DNA from: Hyaloraphidium curvatum SAG 235-1
Lineage: Eukaryota; Fungi; Monoblepharomycota
Direction of reading: 5' to 3'
DNA: 64,000 nucleotides
Assembly (NCBI GenBank): GCA_025558095.1
Contig: JAIVFI010000029.1
Coordinates: 1-64,000 of the forward strand
Each line of letters begins with the position of its first letter. The stretch's first letter is position 1. Shown here piece by piece: positions 59,197 through 64,000 of the stretch. A program made the translations under genes and the position numbers. The notes beneath the pieces are model-generated. The model was not told the origin of the DNA. It was given only the letters and a program-made list of their open reading frames with translations, and searched no databases.

Positions 59197-60272
59197 TCAC
59201 ACCTGCGCCATCTGGGTCATCGTCCTGTCCTTGTCCACCACGAACTGCGCCGGCACCGCGTAGTGCCTGATCCCCTTTGGCGGCCTCGGATCCATCGACC
59301 GGACGATCCACGAAAAGAAATCGACGGTGCTGGGCCAGCACCCGCGCTTCCTGCGCTTCATGCTCCGCGTCTCGGGCCTGGTGTCGAAGTCCGCGTGCCG
59401 CTTCGAGAGCCGGGCGATCACGTCGTCGCCGGGAAACGCGGATTCCGGATCCTCGGGGGAGTACTTGGAATTGCGGGTCGGGTTCGTGTGGGCATGCGCC
59501 ACGTCGGCGAGGGAAAAGGCGATCAGGTTCCTCCTGCGGTGGGGCGATCGGTGAGCGGGGGAATGGAGGATGGAAAGCGGCTTGTCGACCATGCCGACCC
59601 TACGACGGGCGGGTACTTTGTCGCAAAGTCGGCCAGAACGTCGACGGGCCATGCGAATAGCAGGGTCTCCTCCGAAGCAGATCGGGCCTCGAAGCCCTCC
59701 GAATAGAACCCCACTGGGATGGAGAACACGTTCACGAGCTTCAGGTCGAACATGTCCCCCGAGCCGAGCACGAAGCGGCTCGTCTCCTCGCGGCGCTCGT
59801 CCGTGGGCCGCCGCCGCCAATCCGTGATCGTGCACTCGACGGCGCCGTCCACGAGGATATAAAGATAACCCTCGGTCGGGAGCTGCTTGTCCCGTTCATA
59901 TACGTGCACCCACTCGCCGCGCCCGAGGATGTCGACAAAGTCGACTCGGCTGATCCCGGTCCGGAGGTTGAAGAAGCGGTACAGGGCTTCGTCGTTGGGC
60001 GCCGCGAAGGGCTTCATTGGCCATTCATCGAGGAACAGCCGAACCAGCGCCCACAGTTGGAGGGCGAGGGCGATGGAGGCCCACACGACAGAGTCGACAG
60101 CCGGGCCTCCGGAAGTGGTGATTTCTGGCCACACGGGGATGCCGGTGCCAAAGTGAACGACGAGGAACATGTTTGCCAGCACGAGGCATACGCGCAGCAG
60201 GAGGAGGTCGGTGAAGACGGCCGACATCACGAAGAAAAAGGACGCAAGTTGCGACCACAGATTCGCAGGCAT
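59197..60272 (-). CDS. Popeye-domain (POPDC)-like membrane protein, 3 TM plus a CNBD-like domain
   Basis: DLLLLRVCL, DSVVW, P...EALYRFF...F, LYILVDG and FAW...L..F...P...WRNLIA follow the POPDC pattern. One intron near 59535-59589. Confidence 0.7.
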
Positions 60273-60784
60273 GTCTGTAAGAAGGTAGATGCGGAGGCGG
60301 AGGGGCGGGCGGAGGGAAGGAAGGGCGGGGCGCGTCAGGAACGCCGCTCTATGCCCACCGGCCAAGGCAGCGTGCGCGGGGCAGCCGTGCACCGGCTCGG
60401 CACAGACACAGAACACTAGCGCCTATATAGAGGCGGAGAAGGAGGAGGGGTTGATCCTTCGGATGGCCAGCACGCCGGCCGGCCGCACAAACCCGCCCGC
60501 TCGCGCCGATAAGATTGCCACTTCGGACCCCGGCACACTCGAAGTTCATTACATGGCCGTATGAGGGCCACGATATCCAGTGGCCGTCCATCCTTTCTGC
60601 GGCGCGGCCAGATGTCACGCGTGGGGCCGACGCACCTGCAGAATCAGTGCCAAGGCGAGCCTCTCATACAAAGTTGGGACATGGTCGTGAAGGTTTTGGA
60701 ATTGAGGGTGGGTTTGAGTGGGACACGAACCGTGGGCACATGGACTTTCTCGGGCTCTCCAAGCATCTGCCGGGGACCACCACC

Positions 60785-61115
60785 ATGGAGCGTCTCTCGG
60801 TCCTCTTTGTTCTGGGCCTCGTGCTCACGGGCGCTCCGTCGGCTTCGGCCGGGACGGGCTGCGTCTTGCTCGTGGAGGATGGGAAACTTGACTGGTATAT
60901 CTCTTTGCAAGTACGTGTCCCTCCGACCCATTCTACCACGGGTTCAAAGAATAGTCGTTCCCGCCGGTCAAGCTGCAGGCAGAGCTCACGAACCTGCTTC
61001 AGCGACGTGCGATGGCCAAGCTCATCGACGACTCCGCGGACGACCCGCAGTGCCAGGCTGCGCTCCGCTCGTGCCCTCGGGCCACGCCATGGCATGGGCC
61101 CGCGCCTCCCCCCAT
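60785..61115 (+). pseudogene. 5' part of a secreted-protein gene interrupted by a retroelement relic
   Basis: Signal peptide MERLSVLFVLGLVL and one gtacgt intron, then the sequence changes to RLE-like. Confidence 0.4.
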
Positions 61116-61119
61116 TCCG

Positions 61120-61980
61120 TGCTCATCACATGCAGGATTCATTGGCTATTCATCGCTGCCGCCCACTGCTTCGGGCTTCCCCACCAGGCGCATCCGCCGC
61201 TGCAACATGCTGCAAGTGCAACCTGACGCTGGGCAACCACGTGGTCGCCCACGCACTCTCTTGCACCTCCGGCGAGTGGCTCCGGATCGGCAGCGCTTAC
61301 GGCCGCCACAACCGCTGCCGCGATGGTCTCGAACCATGATCGAGGAACCGCCCCGCGCCACTCTGTTCACCAAGCTCGAGCCCATCCTCGCTTCGGAGGT
61401 ATCCCACGGGCCCAGAACGCACCACCTGCAACCCCACGCGCTTCTGAACCCGCTAGCAGCCCTTCTTCGGCGGCGCAGAACCGGGCAGACCTCCTGATCG
61501 CCAACTCCGTCACCAACGAGCGCCTCTTCGTCGACGTCTCCATCACGCACCCAAAAAGGTCGATCCCCGAGTGCGGCACAATGCCGCTTCACGCCGCCCG
61601 GGAAGCTCGCCACCGGAAGGTGACGAAGAATTACCAGGATGGATGGCAACTCGCTCTGGTCGGACCCACGCGCCTTGTTCAGGCCATCATGGAGAGCTAC
61701 GGAGCTTTCACCGAGGACGCCGAGCGCCTCATCATTTCTACTCTCCCGGGGCTACACAACCCTCCGCCACATCAAGAAGATCGCGTAAACCAAGTACGCC
61801 GACGAGGACGATATCGATGGCCTGCGCGCACTCTTTACTTGTCGTGCCCGCCAACGCCTTTCGGTGGGCTGCATGAAGGGCAACTCGGCCATCTATACAG
61901 CTTTTAGGGAGAAAAGATACCGATTTCTGGTGGCCGCCGATGCCACCTAATGTACTGTAGACGTTCACGCGCATTAGATC
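61120..61980 (+). mobile_element. Degenerate 3' fragment of a second RLE non-LTR retrotransposon
   Basis: CKC...HALSC...RHN, RADLLI...FVDVSITHP...RKVTKNY...MESYG across shifted frames; lower GC than the flanks. Confidence 0.8.
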
Positions 61981-62017
61981 CGTCAGACTTGAAAGATGGT
62001 TCTGCCTAGCAGCAGTG

Positions 62018-63544
62018 TCAAGTAGAACTCAGCCTGCACGCGAGATCCAGCGTGACGTAAACCCCCGTCGCCCGCAGGATGGTCCACAAGCCCGCCGCAA
62101 CGGTGAAGCCAGCCACCACCACCCCCCGCACGGTCCCGAAGGTCACCGGCACGCCAAAGAACCCCGACTTGAACGCACTCAGATCGACGAACGACAGCAA
62201 GAGATCCCGGTGTGCCTTGACGGCCGCAAGCAGCCGGGGCCGGTCCGGGGGCACCTTTGCGGCGAGGTAGGACAGCGACTGCGCCGCAGACCGATACTGC
62301 GCCGCCACGCGCTCCGGTTGGAGGTTCTTGTAGGCGTTGCCGACGGCTTGGACGCCGAGCACCCACATCGTGACGACCAAGTTGCCGAGGTAAAAGGCGG
62401 GGAAGCAGGAGCCGACACCGATGTTGATGACCGCTCCGAGCACTTGGAAAAAGCAAACCGTGGCGACGATGCGGCGGGTGATCAAGCCGGCTTTGTTGAA
62501 ATTGCGCCAATCCGCCAGCATGCGCCCGTGCAGTCCGACGTACGGTTCGGCTTCCAAAACTGCGAGAGACGCGTCATCCGAGGGACCGCAATCCAGAGCG
62601 CGGGAAAGCCGTTGGTGAAGGCCCTGGAGACTGAGCGCAACAGCCCGATGGCGCAAGCGGAGTTCGATCACGAGAATGCCGGCATACCCCGAAGAGGGGA
62701 AGAAGGAAGCGGTGAAAATGAAGGGAACCCAGATGCAGATGCATAGAGCGCACATCACAGTAGACCACGGGGTGCTCCACACGGATCGCGCAAACGTAAC
62801 TGCGGGCCCGTAGAACGCGGCCACCCCAAAGGCAACGTGTGTGAGCAGCCCGTGAATGACGGTGTAAACAACCATAAAGGTTCTGGCGCGCAAGAGGGCG
62901 TGGCCCAGGCAGTCCGAGCGGCTGCACGGGCACAAATCGTCCGAATCGTCGTGGAAAAGGAACGACTCCGCGTCCGCGTTTCCGTGGGCCTCGAGGTCGG
63001 CCGCCGCTCGTCGCTCGTCCGTGCACAGCTGGAGGTATCGCGCGGCCAGCGCTAGCCAATTACTGTCCACGAGGGGATTCCGACGATCGGCAGGCTTGCC
63101 GGCAGCTCCGGTGTCCTTGGTGGGGCGCAGCCGCCGCCCGTAGAGGCCGAAGCCGAAGATTGCAAGGAACCAAGCCGCTTGAAGCAAAACCAACGCAACC
63201 AGGGCTGCGACCAGGTTGCTGATCCCAAAGACGTCGACCCCGAAGACCCAAGTCAGGGCGAAAAGCGCAAAAAGCGCGATGTCCCCGGTGACACGCGCCC
63301 ACGGCGACCTGTGGATTCGCCGGGCGGCACCCTCCCAGACTATAAGCGTTCCCATCGGTTTCACGTTGTCGAGCTCCTCACAGAGGGCACTCGCAGTGAG
63401 TGGGCGAGCCGCACGACCTGCCGCGGCTGCAGCGACGGCGTCCGCGGGCCAGAGCCAGGCAGGCACGTCGGGCGGCGGCCCCAAAACTGGTGCTGGAAAC
63501 AGGGCGAGCTGGAGGGCTGGCGACAGCCACAGCTGCGCGTCCAT
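62018..63544 (-). CDS. Intact 7-TM protein of the GRL/DUF3537 (7TMIC)-like family
   Basis: 508-aa intronless ORF, no signal peptide, seven hydrophobic segments, C-terminus LLSFVD...GFFGVPVTFGTVRGVVVAGFTVAAGLWTIL. Confidence 0.75.
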   Translation of the reverse strand: MDAQLWLSPALQLALFPAPVLGPPPDVPAWLWPADAVAAAAAGRAARPLTASALCEELDNVKPMGTLIVWEGAARRIHRSPWARVTGDIALFALFALTWVFGVDVFGISNLVAALVALVLLQAAWFLAIFGFGLYGRRLRPTKDTGAAGKPADRRNPLVDSNWLALAARYLQLCTDERRAAADLEAHGNADAESFLFHDDSDDLCPCSRSDCLGHALLRARTFMVVYTVIHGLLTHVAFGVAAFYGPAVTFARSVWSTPWSTVMCALCICIWVPFIFTASFFPSSGYAGILVIELRLRHRAVALSLQGLHQRLSRALDCGPSDDASLAVLEAEPYVGLHGRMLADWRNFNKAGLITRRIVATVCFFQVLGAVINIGVGSCFPAFYLGNLVVTMWVLGVQAVGNAYKNLQPERVAAQYRSAAQSLSYLAAKVPPDRPRLLAAVKAHRDLLLSFVDLSAFKSGFFGVPVTFGTVRGVVVAGFTVAAGLWTILRATGVYVTLDLACRLSST

Positions 63545-64000
63545 GGTTGTGGAGGTGCGCGGGACAGCTTCTCGACGGAAATCGTCCGTCTGCTAACCCG
63601 AGCTCGACGAGGGTTCGCTCGCTTCACTCGCGCCGGGGAGACCCGTACGGCCGGAGGGGCCGCTAAGGCAGTGGCGTCCTGTCCGGCAGAGGAATGATGG
63701 CCGTAGAAGGTTAGCCCTTCTTCAGCGGCGTAGAACCGGGCTAACCGTTTCGCCCCGCCCCCCCTCTCCGCCCACCCCCCTCACGGCGTCGTCAATCATG
63801 GCCAACAACAACGACAACCGCAATGCCCAACTGGTTGGCCTCCCGTTCGCGTGATCTTGTCCGGGGCTTGGTCTTCGGGGTCGCCGCCGCCACCGTCGGG
63901 CTGCCGAGGCACATCGGTACGTCCCGCTCCCCACTCCTGCAAAGTGCCGTCTTTGGGCCCTCGTCGGCCCGGCCCAGTCTGCCGTTGGGATGCACTGTTT

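Overview
This is a GC-rich, gene-dense eukaryotic window with short (about 50-110 nt) spliceosomal introns. A Zn2Cys6 factor, a hevein/CBM18 protein and SUR7-like genes point to a fungus, probably an early-diverging lineage (chytrid or monoblepharid-like; inference). It has four layers. (1) About ten oxidative or catabolic enzymes: aldo-keto reductase, MDR reductase, 2OG-Fe(II) oxygenase, P450, multicopper oxidase, CoA-transferase III, FAD oxidoreductase, PLP aminotransferase, FMO, and an actinobacterial-type catechol 1,2-dioxygenase carrying one intron. (2) Lineage-expanded families in birth-and-death, with many pseudogenes: MYND zinc-finger, F-box-like/LRR, SUR7/PalI-like, secreted Cys-rich, and 7-TM proteins resembling the insect OR/GR-GRL-DUF3537 (7TMIC) superfamily. 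(3) Two non-LTR retrotransposon copies with a restriction-like endonuclease (CRE-like). One has a candidate 6-bp target-site duplication and a 164-bp internal segment recopied at its 5' end. (4) Signalling oddities: a Popeye (POPDC)-like membrane protein and an EF-hand/prion-like/zinc-finger protein. The best candidates for undescribed biology are the fungal 7TMIC chemoreceptor-like family, the POPDC-like gene, and the bacterial-type catA/FMO pair. All family assignments come from motif recognition by eye and no searches were run. Exon boundaries are approximate. No rRNA, tRNA or CRISPR array was recognised.
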